A stretch of DNA of 64,000 nt from Octopus sinensis (taxonomy: Eukaryota). Location: contig NC_042998.1 in assembly GCF_006345805.1 (NCBI RefSeq), forward strand, positions 66,340,001 through 66,404,000, given 5' to 3'. The notes beneath the pieces were generated by a model. That model saw only the letters and a list, made by a program, of their open reading frames with translations, had not been told where the DNA came from and ran no database searches. Every line of letters begins with the position of its first letter. Within the stretch, counting starts at the first letter, position 1. The translations under genes were made by a program, and so were the position numbers. Of the stretch, positions 13,133 to 24,513 are shown piece by piece.

Positions 13133-13534
13133 GTTGTATACTGTCAATCTAACCTGAACGTGACAGTAGGGGGTCACACCACCGCTGTTTAGCCCTAGGA
13201 AGCATCGACGCTTCCTGATGGCTTTGACACATTATTCCTGTGTCCTTATATACTTCACTGATAATTAGATATATACATTTGCGATTCGGGACATATATTT
13301 GCGGCTGACGGGCGTCTGCTAATCTAGACCGATGAAGGACAATGATCCTGAAACATGCGTATCTCTAGATGCAGACCTGGCTGCTGGGGGTTGTTTGTTT
13401 CCCCTTCATAAATGTATATAAGGACACAGGAATAATGTGTCAAAGCCATCATGAAGTGTCGATGCTTCCTAGGGCTAAACAGCGGTGGTGTATCCCCCTA
13501 CTGTCACGTTCACGTTAGATTGACAGTATACAAC
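13133..13534. repeat. Inverted repeat, 121-bp arms (13133-13253 / 13414-13534), 160-bp spacer
   Basis: gttgtatactgtcaatctaac...tgtccttatatac is matched by its reverse complement with only a handful of mismatches. Confidence 0.95.
13314..13376 (+). ncRNA. Candidate type I hammerhead ribozyme (CCGAUGA core variant)
   Basis: Stem I aga/tct extended by gtctgc/gcagac; CCGATGA; stem II AGGA-caatga-TCCT; GAAAC-atgc-GTA. Confidence 0.55.
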
Positions 13535-13538
13535 CGAT

Positions 13539-13608
<70 letters not shown>

Positions 13609-13711
13609 AACATTGAATAAACTATTCATTGTTAAAGCAAAATTACATAACATATTTCCTCCTTCAATTAGTGTTATTCAGACAACCTTATTTCATTACG
13701 TGTCTGAAATG

Positions 13712-13815
13712 ATAAAAGGCAAAATCGAAGGCGGTGAAATTTGAACGCTTAATATAAAGACGGACGAAATGTCGCTAAGCACTTTCCCGGCGTGCTACCG
13801 CTTCCGCCGCCTTCA
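13712..13815 (-). mobile_element. SINE family B, 5' fragment, degraded
   Basis: The reverse complement resembles aaggcggcggaagcggtagcacgccgggaaagtgcttagcgacatttcgtc. Confidence 0.65.
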
Positions 13816-13984
13816 GCTAACATGAAATACTAACATCGACATATGATTACTACATAGCAGCTAGATGTACATTCCATATTTCACGGCTAGGCTATGAACA
13901 TGTCTGTAGTACTACGGTGGCTTACTCTAAAAAATATACAGAACAGCACATTTATACAGTTCTAGATTTATGACGAGGAATTAT

Positions 13985-14116
13985 GTACCTTATTTATATT
14001 CGACGGATATTTGTCCTCATCTTGTTTCTTGTTAACACAACGTTTCGGCTGAAATACCCGGGTTTCTCATTCCTAAGGTATTTTCCGATGTTGTTGTTGT
14101 TGTTATTATTACTATA

Positions 14117-14168
<52 letters not shown>

Positions 14169-14400
14169 TTCAGGCCACTGATTGGAATCGTACTCGGAAT
14201 CTTGGGGTTACTAGCCCGCGCTCTTAACAGCTACGTCATGTGCCGGTGGGCATATAGCGGAGTGGTGAAGAGCGCAGGCTAGTAAGCCAGGTTTGAAATT
14301 TCCCCAAGACACCCGAAGAAGGCTGGAGGGTATATGAGTCGGAAGGTTGTGTTAACAACAAAGAAGATGAGGAGAAATATCCGTCGAATATAAATAATGT
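13985..14400. mobile_element. Head-to-head pair of a tRNA-headed SINE-like element with hammerhead-bearing tail
   Basis: Left copy (-) 13985-14244, right copy (+) 14248-14400. A box TAGCGGAGTGG at 14255-14265, B-box-like gagtacgattcc (rc of 14184-14195), (AAT)n linker, tail homologous to 18665-18830. Confidence 0.75.
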
Positions 14401-14867
14401 AATCATATATTCACGTAAAATCTATGAAATAATTGCCATCTCTGAGCATCACTTTATCATTTTTAAACTATCTGCCATTAATGTTTGTTCTAAACACATC
14501 TAATTAGACATACGTTTATGGCCAGAAAGACAAATTCAATTCAATTTGGCAAATTACCTGAATTATCGCCTGTCATGTTTCGCTCCTATTAGTTCTCATT
14601 TGTAAACCAAATTAGTTACCACACGTTTGCGTGACAAGCCAGATGTAACAATAACCGTTCCGTCCCATCAAGCCTTGATATTTAAATGAACACATATACA
14701 CTGCGTGTTGTAATTGTTTTTTTTTTAAATGAAAAAAATATTTACGACTGTTAAAAGTTTCAGATTGATTCAGTCAGGTTTGAACCGTGATTAAGCCAGT
14801 CGTCAAACTGAACCAATGTAGTTTTCATTAATTGTCAAAATTCATCATATTAATTTATGATATATAT

Positions 14868-14899
<32 letters not shown>

Positions 14900-15296
14900 A
14901 TATATATATATACACATACATGCATACATACATAAATGTGTAATCGTGTATGCCTGTGTTTATGTTTGGGGTTATTATAACTCCTCTCACACAGGCCAAC
15001 TGATTTTAATGATTTTGGACACGTAGACACACCACATGACTTGAAGGCCAGAATGTTTCGAAAATTTGATAATGCTCAGTTGGCATCAAATTTTGTGAGC
15101 TCAATCGGGCATTTGAATGTAAATTCCCATAACGATGTTATCTTTCTTGCACCTTTTATATATTTTTTTTTCAAGTGTAAAATTTTAACAAAATCATTAG
15201 AATAGTCTCTAAGGAAATACTTATTCAATACAAAGTCTGGGGTGGGTTTAACTTCAACAGCTAGGGTTCGGGTCCAACAGCCGGGTCCAACAGCTA

Positions 15297-15374
<78 letters not shown>

Positions 15375-15785
15375 TCTTTACTCTATCTTTACTCTTTTAC
15401 TTGTTTCAGTCATTTGACTGCGGCCATGCTGGAGCACCACCTTTAGTCGAGCAAATAGACCCCGGGACTTATTCTTTGTTAGTCCAGTACTTATTCTATT
15501 GGTCTCTTTTGTCGAACCGCTAAGTGACGGGGACGTAAACACACCAGCATCGGTTGTCAAGCAATGCTAGAGGGACAAACACAGACACACAAACATATAC
15601 ACACTCACAATTATATATATATACATATATACGACAGGCTTCTTTCGGTTTCCGTCTACCAAATCCACTCACAAGGCATTGGTCGGCCCGGGGCTATAGC
15701 AGAAGACACTTGCCCAAGATGCCACGCAGTGGGACTGAACCCGGAACCATGTGGTTGGTTAGCAAGCTACTTACCACACAACCAC
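15375..15785 (-). mobile_element. SINE family A, full length
   Basis: Head 15630-15785, CA/TA spacer and tail 15375-15570, all closely similar to 44140-44550. Confidence 0.9.
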
Positions 15786-16034
15786 TATACAATATTAGAT
15801 ATGTACATCTATACACAAGGGACTACATGAGCACCTACATCGCTACAAATAGGAGCCAAAAATATTTCTGTGACACCGAATAGTCACAAATCTACTACAG
15901 ACATGATAGGAAAAGATATCAGTGAAGAATAATAACATCTTACCTCTACTGGGTCAGAATAAGATTTTAACTTCTATTTTTAGCGATGTAGGTGCTCATG
16001 TACTGCCCTTACATTTCTGCTGCTTTTAAATAAA

Positions 16035-16144
<110 letters not shown>

Positions 16145-16764
16145 ATATATATGTATGTATATGTATGTAGCAATCCAAAAGGCAAGAGATTTCGAAAAGA
16201 AAATATTTGAAAATATAGATGTATATGCATATATATTTATGAAAATACTTGATAAGATGTTATTTACTTATGTAGGGCGTTATTCGTTGCAATATATAAC
16301 ATGATGTTTCATATTAATTTCGTACATAAGTTATAGTAACTTTACTATAAATGACCAATCAATAATATTCACAACTTCTTGACATTTTGATGAATTAAAT
16401 ACGAAACCTTTTAACAATCGCCTCTTCAATTCTAAATGAAGATACTTAATTAAACAATGGTCAGGTAGTAATGGGAGTATTTATATATTGCATACTTGCA
16501 GTTGTGTTGAAGTTGACATATATAAGTTTATAGATAGTTTAATTTGTCATTCAGGGCGAATAGAGTGGCAGATTTTTCAATAACTTTCTACATTATACCG
16601 ATTAAAATAATTAGTCGAGTACTTTTTGGTGGATGGAGAGGAGGTCTAAAGCTACAATTTAATAGATGCGCAGATCTAACCACATTAGAGAAAAAATAAA
16701 AGAAAACATATTTTAGAAGCCCATCGATTTATTGCATTGGCCATTATATATATAACTATATATA

Positions 16765-16811
<47 letters not shown>

Positions 16812-17324
16812 TATATATATATAACTATATATATATATATATACGCGCAGCGTATATCACGGAAAAGATAGATATTTCCCAGGGTAGCAATACTTCACGC
16901 GAGTACCAAGGATGGTGCAGCCTACTTATAAAAGTAGGAGTTCTAGGTTTAGTGAAGTGTTTTTGGATTACATAGATAAATTAAGAAATGGAGTTAAACG
17001 CAGGTGCTATTCAAATCTTTATACTTCCGATGTATGTTTCGAAGAAAACACTGGTGTTATTCCTGAGGGAATAAAATGATGTAAAACAATGCAATCAACT
17101 CGTCAAGGAAGAAAATAAACAAAACACATCAATAAGCCATTTTACCCGAATGTGATTACCGCATATATGATTAAAGGAAAGCTGGCAATTTATGTTTTTA
17201 AGAAACCGTTAATAGATTTAATGTCAAAGGCAATTTAGAGAAAGAGAAGGAGAAAAAAAGAAATTAAGAGAAAATTAAAAGTGGAGAAATATAGTGCGAT
17301 AAATGAGTGGAAATAAAGCTTAAA

Positions 17325-18620
17325 GGCTGACGACGAATGTCCTCTAGAGGACAATCACGGTTTCCTACTCTCTGTCTCTGAACATTCTCAGGATCCAGCC
17401 AGCCAGCCAGTCATCTGCACTTTGTCGCCATCCTGGTAATGTACACTTGGAAAAAGGTATCATTACTCATGTCAATACCCAGGTCTCTCACTGATTTTGG
17501 CTCTGGGATTGTAATACCTTGTGGACCAGTGTACCCTGTAACTTTCATATTCAGATGTGGTCACTGGCTTGGAAATTTTCAGTATTAAACTGCATATTAT
17601 TGTCCTCAGCCCATCAATAAATTAAGTCCAACGATTCTGCATTTTCTGCGAGACTTTCGTATCATTTGCGTAGCTAGCAAGGATGGCTATCCAGGCAGCT
17701 AAGGGTATATCTGAGAGTGCCACTATGAGCAGTGATCCGAAGAGAGTGTCCTATGAAATACCGCTCACTATTTGTGTTTTCTTTGAGGTGGTTCCATTGC
17801 CCACTACCGCCTGACTTCTATCTTTCAGAAAGTCATGTAACCACTCACCAGTTATGCCGATATCATCCAGTTTGTGGCATATCATACCATTTTACCAAAT
17901 CGTTTGCAAATTCAACGTATATAACGTCGACATTTGAGTTGTTGAGTAATTGCCTCGACACCCGGTCATAGTGCTGTAGGAGCTATGTCAGGCAGCTCTT
18001 ACCTGGTCGAAAGCCCTGCTGGGTACCACTCACTAAGTCATTTTCGTCAGGGAATGCAACTAGTTTCCTTCTGACTATCCGTTCTATGATTTTGCTGATG
18101 TGTGATGTCAGAGAAGTAGGCCTATAGTTTTGGCATCTGCTCTGCTTCCTCCTTTATGGATTGGGTATATCATTCTCTTCTTCAGTTTGCTTAGTAGCCT
18201 GTCATTTTCAAGAAAACTCTGGAAGAAAATTTGTAGTGGTTTCGCCAGAGCACACTTACATGGTTTGAGTAGGATTGTGGGGAAACTATCAGGATCAGCA
18301 GTTGTGTTTGCGTCCACCTTATCTATGGCAAGTAGTATTTCTTCTTCATCAATGTCGATGCAATGCATCGTAATTGCCTCACTGATTATAGGTAAGGTGG
18401 CAAAGAATCCGCTCCTCAATTGTTTGTGCTCCAACTGGTTGGTAACGACACTTTTGAACAGGTCGTTCAGTACCTTACTGATCCTGGTCGGACTATCTGT
18501 AAGGGAGCCATCCTTTTGGAAGAGAGGTCCTATTTGCAGCGTGCTTAGGCTGTTTCTTTGGCACAACGGAAGAAAGCCTTCGGATTTAACTATATGTTTT
18601 TTGTAACCCAGTCTTCTTTC
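17325..18620 (-). mobile_element. CR1/L2-like LINE RT fragment, degraded
   Basis: ORF 18108-18566 contains IDEEEILLAIDK...DPDSFPTILLKPCKCALAKPLQIFFQSFL...IYPIHKGGSRAD. Downstream frames contain HGFRPG-, GSILGP- and YANDTK-like motifs. Confidence 0.8.
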
Positions 18621-18664
18621 AGTTCTATATTTAAGAGATGAGAAATTATGTACAATATCTATAT

Positions 18665-18830
18665 TATTAAATTTTTTTTACATTTGACGGATATTTGTCC
18701 TCATCTTGTTTGTTGTTGACATAACGTTTCGGCTGATATACCTTCCAGCCTTCATCAGATGTCTTGGGGAAATTTCGAACTTGAGTTCTCATTCCTAAGG
18801 TAGTTTTCGATATTATTATTATTATTATTA
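18665..18830 (-). mobile_element. Tail of the hammerhead-bearing SINE-like element
   Basis: gacggatatttgtcctcatcttgtttgttgttgacataacgtttcggctg...ctcattcctaaggta matches both arms of 13985-14400. Confidence 0.8.
18718..18763 (-). ncRNA. Minimal (Penelope-type) type I hammerhead ribozyme, intact core
   Basis: Reverse complement: GACAT CTGATGA a GGCTG gaaggtatat CAGCC GAAACGTT ATGTC. Stem I is 5 bp, stem II is 5 bp, and stem III is the palindrome ACGT. Confidence 0.7.
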
Positions 18831-18834
18831 TTCA

Positions 18835-21357
18835 TTAGTTTTATTTTTATAGCGTGCTTTCAATTCACTACCGAGCGCAGCTCTGTGTGCCTTGGGTATG
18901 TGCTGTGATTTGTTGTGATGCTCTGATGGTTATTGTATGGAAAGTATTCTGCGTAGGATGTGTGCAGTGCCTAGTAGTGCAATTTTCTGTATGTTATATG
19001 TGTTTGTAAGTCCTGGTGTTTTTGTTATGTATTTGTCTGAATATTTTTTTATCATGCCTAATGCACCTACTATGATAGGAATTGTTTCTGTTTTCAGATT
19101 CCACATTCTAGTTACCTCTATTTCCAGGTCTTTGTATTTTGAGAGTTTCTCCATTTCTTTTAGAGACACGTTGTCATCTGCCGGTATTGATACATCAATT
19201 AGAAAGCATTTTTTTTCTTCATGATCTCTGACAACTATATCTGGTCTGTTGGCCTTAATTTCTCTATCTGTGTGTATCGGCATATCCCAGAGTATGGTTG
19301 CTTTCTCGTTTTCTGTGACCTTTTCTGCTGTGTGCCTATACCATCTTTTTTCTGTTGTTATTCCATAATGTTGGCATAGCTTCCAATGTATGTAGGTTCC
19401 AACTCTGTCATGTCTGTGAATATATTCCTTCTTAGCCAGGACTGGGCAGCTAGAGATAATATGATTTATTGTTTCGTGTCCATCTCCACATATTCTGCAG
19501 TTACTTGTAATATTTCTTTTCATTACATGTTTTGGTAATTTCTGGTGGGGAGGCTTTGGTCTTGTGCTGCAATTAAAAATCCCTCTGTTTCTGCTTTGAG
19601 TCCTGAGCTTCTCAACCATTGCTGGGATTTTTCTTTGTCTATTTCTTTTGCGTTTAGTTTAGTCCAGTATTTACCATGAAAGGGCTTTTCTTGCCATCGT
19701 TTTATCATGGTTCGTTGCTGTTCTATTTTTAGTTTGGATTTCATTTGTTTTATAGCTTTTGTTGTTTCTTCATCATCTCTTCTTCTTCTTCGTGTTTATT
19801 AGGTGGTATGATTTCTTGTTGTATTTGTCAGCTTCCTTAAATACTGAGAACAGTTTTTTGTTTTGCTCGTGTTTTGCTGCTATCTGGATCAGTTTTCCTT
19901 CCTTCTGAAGTAGGTATTTTTGCAGTCCTATGGTGGTTATTTTATAGTAGTTTTCCAGCTGTATAAGGCCTCTACCACCTTCTATACGTTGTATATATAG
20001 TCTTTCTATGTCAGATTTTGGGTGATGCATCCTAGATCCTGTCAGTATTTTTCTCGTTTTCCTATCTATTTTGGACAGTTCATTTCGTGTCCAGTTAAGG
20101 ATATTGTAGCTGTAACTTATAACTGGGACAGCTAAAGTGTTGATACCTATTATCTTGTTTTTAGCATTGAGCTCTGTTTTCAGTATTGATCTAACTCGTC
20201 TGTAATATTCTTTTTTTTATTTTGTCGTTCATTTGTGTGTGTTGTATCTTATCTAGTTCATGGATTCCTTAGTATTTGTAAGTTTGGCTTTGGTCTAATT
20301 CTTTTATTTCATTGGTTTTATCTAGTGTGATGTTGTTACTCTTAACTAGTATTCCTCTTTTCATGGTTACTTTCGCGCATTTTTCTAATCCAAATTTCAT
20401 ATCTATTTCTTTGGTAAATCCATGAACTGTCTTTAATAGTGTTTCCAGCTGTTTGTCATTTGCAGCGTATAGTTTTAGGTCATCCATATATAAAAGGTGG
20501 CTGATCGTTTTGCCGTAACATTTATATTCGCATCCAGTTCTATTTAGCATATCAGATAGAGGTGACAGTGCCAAGCAGAAAAGGAGTGGAGAGAGCGTGT
20601 CTCCCTGGAATATTCCTCTTCTAATGGGGATGTCTTTGGTTTTCATGAGTCCCTCTTTTGTTTGGAGGTGTAGGACTGTTTGCCATTTATTCATAGAGTG
20701 CTCTATGAATTTTATGATTGTTGGTGCTACTTTGTTAATGGCTAGTGTTTCGAGGATCCATGTGTGGAGGATGCTATCAAACGCCTTTTTGTAGTCAATC
20801 CAGGCCATACTGAGGCCTTTCTTCTTTCTGTGGCTGTCTTCAGTTACGGCTTTATTAATCATTAGTTGATCTTTACAGCCATATGAGCCTTTGCGGCATC
20901 ATTTCTGCTCTTCTGGGAACAGTTTGTTTTCGTCCAGGTGCTTGTTCAGCCTTTGCGATATCACTGCAGTAAATGCCTTGAACATAGTAGGGAGGCAGGT
21001 TATTGGTCTGTAGTTTTCTGGTTTTGCTGTTGCATTTGATTTGGGAATTAAGATGGTTTTCCCCTTTGTGAGCCATTCAGGCATTGTCTCTGGCTCTGCT
21101 AGTATGCTGTTAAAGTTTTCAGCCAGCTTTTTGTGCATTCCTGTTAGATATTTCAACCAGAAGTTGGGGATCTTGTCATGCCCAGGTGCCTTCCATTTGC
21201 TTAGTTTTTGCAGTGCCTGGGTGACCTCTTCAGTTGTTATGGGGGTCCAAAGTTGTTCAGATGCCGAGTTTGTTATTTTGATACTCCTTTTTTTTGGCTG
21301 TTCGTTCGCCGACCATATTTCTCTCCAGAATTCTTCCAATTCGTCTGCCGTTGGTGC

Positions 21358-21358
<1 letters not shown>
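18835..21358 (-). mobile_element. Young 5'-truncated R4/Dong-clade LINE (RT, C..C finger, RLE)
   Basis: Long ORF pieces 20899-21495, 20269-20862 and 18930-19619 with WKAPGHDKIPNFWLK, YRPITCL, GIFQGDTLSPLLF, YMDDLKL, CRICG..HIISSC, RPDIVV, EKLSKYKDL, IVGALG. 3' UTR ends in (AAT)n. Confidence 0.95.
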
Positions 21359-21426
<68 letters not shown>

Positions 21427-21446
21427 CATTATTATTATTATTATTC
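21359..21446. repeat. (TAA)n tract between two Dong copies
   Basis: Direct reading. Confidence 0.95.
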
Positions 21447-21650
21447 TATGTTTGACTTTTGCTTTATGTCTGTACAAGTTGGCTCGAAGTCTCACCCAGA
21501 GACCTCAAGAGACAACAGGTCTGAAGTTCACGTTGTTGTTATGCCTAGTGTGCCATATATTTGGGTTTTTGTTTTAAACCTTGAGATTACATAGGGCGTA
21601 TTTTGCGTAGGATATGAGCAGTTCCCATGAGCACTATTTGTATATGTTTA
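21447..21650 (-). mobile_element. 3' end fragment of a second R4/Dong subfamily
   Basis: LMGTAHILRKI C-terminus and a 3' UTR almost identical to 35896-36060. Confidence 0.85.
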
Positions 21651-21699
21651 TATATAAAAAATATTGCTTACACAGACTGCTTATCAGGAATTGTAGGGG

Positions 21700-22200
21700 C
21701 TGAATAAGGGCTTCACGAGTCCAATAGCTATTTCTATGTGCTTGATGGACAAAAATAATGATGGTAAATTGATTTCATCATCGGATAATACTATCCTCAG
21801 TTTTCAGGTAAGACGTTTTGCATTTGAGGTTTTCACAGAAAGGAGATTAAAGATGGAATGATTTTGTGTAGAAATAAGTGTATTAGAATGAGTTCGAAGG
21901 TATTTAGAAAGAAAGTAGTGCAAGAAGAAAAGAAATTTAGAGGTCAGGATTTATTAATGAGGTCTTAGTGCGGAATCATAGGAAATGGGGGGGGGATAAG
22001 AGGAAGAGGGAAGTATGGTTTAGGCTGTACGTGAATGCTAACCATTGTGTTAGTTTCTATGAAGGCTACAGAGTCTAAGCACCAGATAGTGAAATGGGTA
22101 TGGCTCATGATTTAAGGGAAATAATTGACTGGTTCAGCAGCTAAGGGACATTCCTAAGGTATGTAGAGTGCTATGAGAGAGGTATGAGAGAAGAAGGAGA
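21700..22200 (-). mobile_element. Possible ancient LINE (endonuclease-RT linker) remnant
   Basis: Weak translated resemblance only (IEIAIGLVKPLFSP; VQPKPYF). Confidence 0.3.
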
Positions 22201-23564
22201 GGGCTAGAGTGAGGGGCTGAGTAGGTGGTCAAAATAGTTGTTGTTATCGGGACAAAGGAACTGGGTTGCTATTGGAGGTAGAACACGCGCACACACACAC
22301 ACACACACACACATGTATATATAGTTAGAAATTAAGGAAAGGATTTCATCCATTTCACTGGCACGTCGGTTTAATACCACATAAATTGAGGTATAATGCA
22401 AATTACAAGCGACAAATTAAATAGTGAGATTCAATGGACAATCAAATAATTTATTTATAATATAACACATTATGCCATGAATATAACATAATATAACATG
22501 AAAAAAATCATTAAAAATTTAAAGAGGTAAGAAATTGTTTCCATTTGTATATATTATTTGATTTATAAACAATTCATATCCATTACTATAAGTCTCTTCA
22601 GAGCTTTGTTTTAAAGATAGACGAAATTCCCTGTGAAATAACGGCCGGATTGTAAAAAAAAATTAAAACAAATGCCTATTTCAACTACATAAGAATTACA
22701 ATTAGAAAAAAAAAGATTATAACGGACAAAATAATTAAGTAAATAGAATCTACAACTAACGAAATATATTTCTATTTATCTCAAACATTATTAATCCAAA
22801 TCGTTTAAATCGAAGACAATCTTTGGCTATTATAATAACGTACAACTATCATATATATATATATGTATATAAATCAAGTATCTTACTTAATCTAGAGACT
22901 GTAACTGAACGTGTAAATAAATATAAATGCTAATATAGTACTATATTGGTAATATATAATAAATCTTCTCTTTTATCTAAAGTTATTGATATAAACAAAT
23001 TGTTTAAAGTAACTAACAAAAAGTGTTCTTTATTTACTTCGTTTATCGGCGGGGGGGGGGGGGGATTCTGTAATAAATATGAAGAAAAACCTAATAAAAC
23101 AATGTTCTGTTTCAGCTAGTTTATCGGAGGGAGATTTCTATATTAAATCGAAACTTAGCGCTACAAACACTACAAACTATATTACCCCATAGTAATTGAG
23201 TTAGCCTATAATAATGGATATCAAATTATTACTAGTTCTTTTACAAGTAATCTGATCTGAAGTTACTTAAATAAGGATCATTCACAGTAACTAGCATTTA
23301 ATGTCCCTATATACAAATATTATAGAAGGGAGAGTTCAGTAAATAAAATAAAATTAGATAACATACCCATAAGTATTAACTACTGATCCGCGATAAATAT
23401 AATTAATTCTATTTTATAAAGGACTATAAATAATATATATCCAAATATTATTAATTCTTTCAATAGAAAAACATTTATATTGTTGCAATAAGAATACACG
23501 CAATAAACTATATTATTATAGGAGTTATTAAATTTAGCAAGTGAAATAAATCCATTCTTTTATT

Positions 23565-23748
23565 ATCTTCTTCTTGTACTTCTTCTTCTTCTACTTCTCC
23601 TTCTTCTTCTTCTTCTCCTTCTCCTTCTTCTTCTCCTTCTTCTTCTTCTTCTTCTTCTTCTTCTTCTTCTTCTTCTTCTTCTTCTTCTTCTTCTTCTTTC
23701 TTCTTCTTCTTCTTCTTCTTCTTCTTATTATTATTATTATTATTATTA

Positions 23749-23810
<62 letters not shown>
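23565..23810. repeat. (TTC)n then (TTA)n microsatellite
   Basis: Direct reading. Confidence 0.95.
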
Positions 23811-23813
<3 letters not shown>

Positions 23814-23960
23814 TACTTTTATTTTTATAGCGTGCTTTCACTTCACTACCGAGCCCAGCTCTGTGTGCCTTGGGTATGTGCTGTGATTTGTTGTGATGCT
23901 CTGATGGTTATTGTATGGAAAATGTTCTGCGTAGGATGTGTGCAGTGCCTAGTAGTGCAA
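23811..23960 (-). mobile_element. 150-bp 3' end of the young Dong subfamily inside (TAA)n
   Basis: Nearly identical to 18835-18985 and 47418-47570, with (TAA)n on both sides. Confidence 0.9.
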
Positions 23961-23981
23961 TTATTATTATTATTATTATTA

Positions 23982-24031
<50 letters not shown>

Positions 24032-24350
24032 GTTGTTGTTATTTTTGTTGTTATTATTATCATTATCTTCATCATGATCATTGGTTCATTACTAAATTAA
24101 TTTATTTATACATATGTATATTTAGTAAAATGAAGATATCTGTCTCGTACTCCGCAATTAATATTAAATTACTAATATTATGATGTATTATTTTACAGTA
24201 ACTGCAAGAATTTGCATTTGAAAGATACAAAATATTCGGAATTAATCCACTAAATTATTAATTTTCCAAACACTACATTATTATATATATTGAGATGACA
24301 AAACATTTAGATATACAAACATAAATTCACATACATGCATACACACACAT

Positions 24351-24382
<32 letters not shown>

Positions 24383-24388
24383 TATATA

Positions 24389-24442
<54 letters not shown>

Positions 24443-24513
24443 TATATATAGTTATATGCCTTCATATACATATACATGCACACATACATACATATATATA
24501 TATATATATTTTA

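Noticed and set aside
14171-14290. tRNA genes in SINE heads (also 12250, 35100, 44140)
   Set aside because: A/B boxes are present but there is no complete cloverleaf or acceptor stem, and they continue into repeat bodies.
16921-16946. Helitron 3' end (cctact-tataaa-agtagg hairpin followed by CTAG)
   Set aside because: The hairpin is AT-rich, the spacer is only 4 nt, and there is no matching 5' TC end or second copy.
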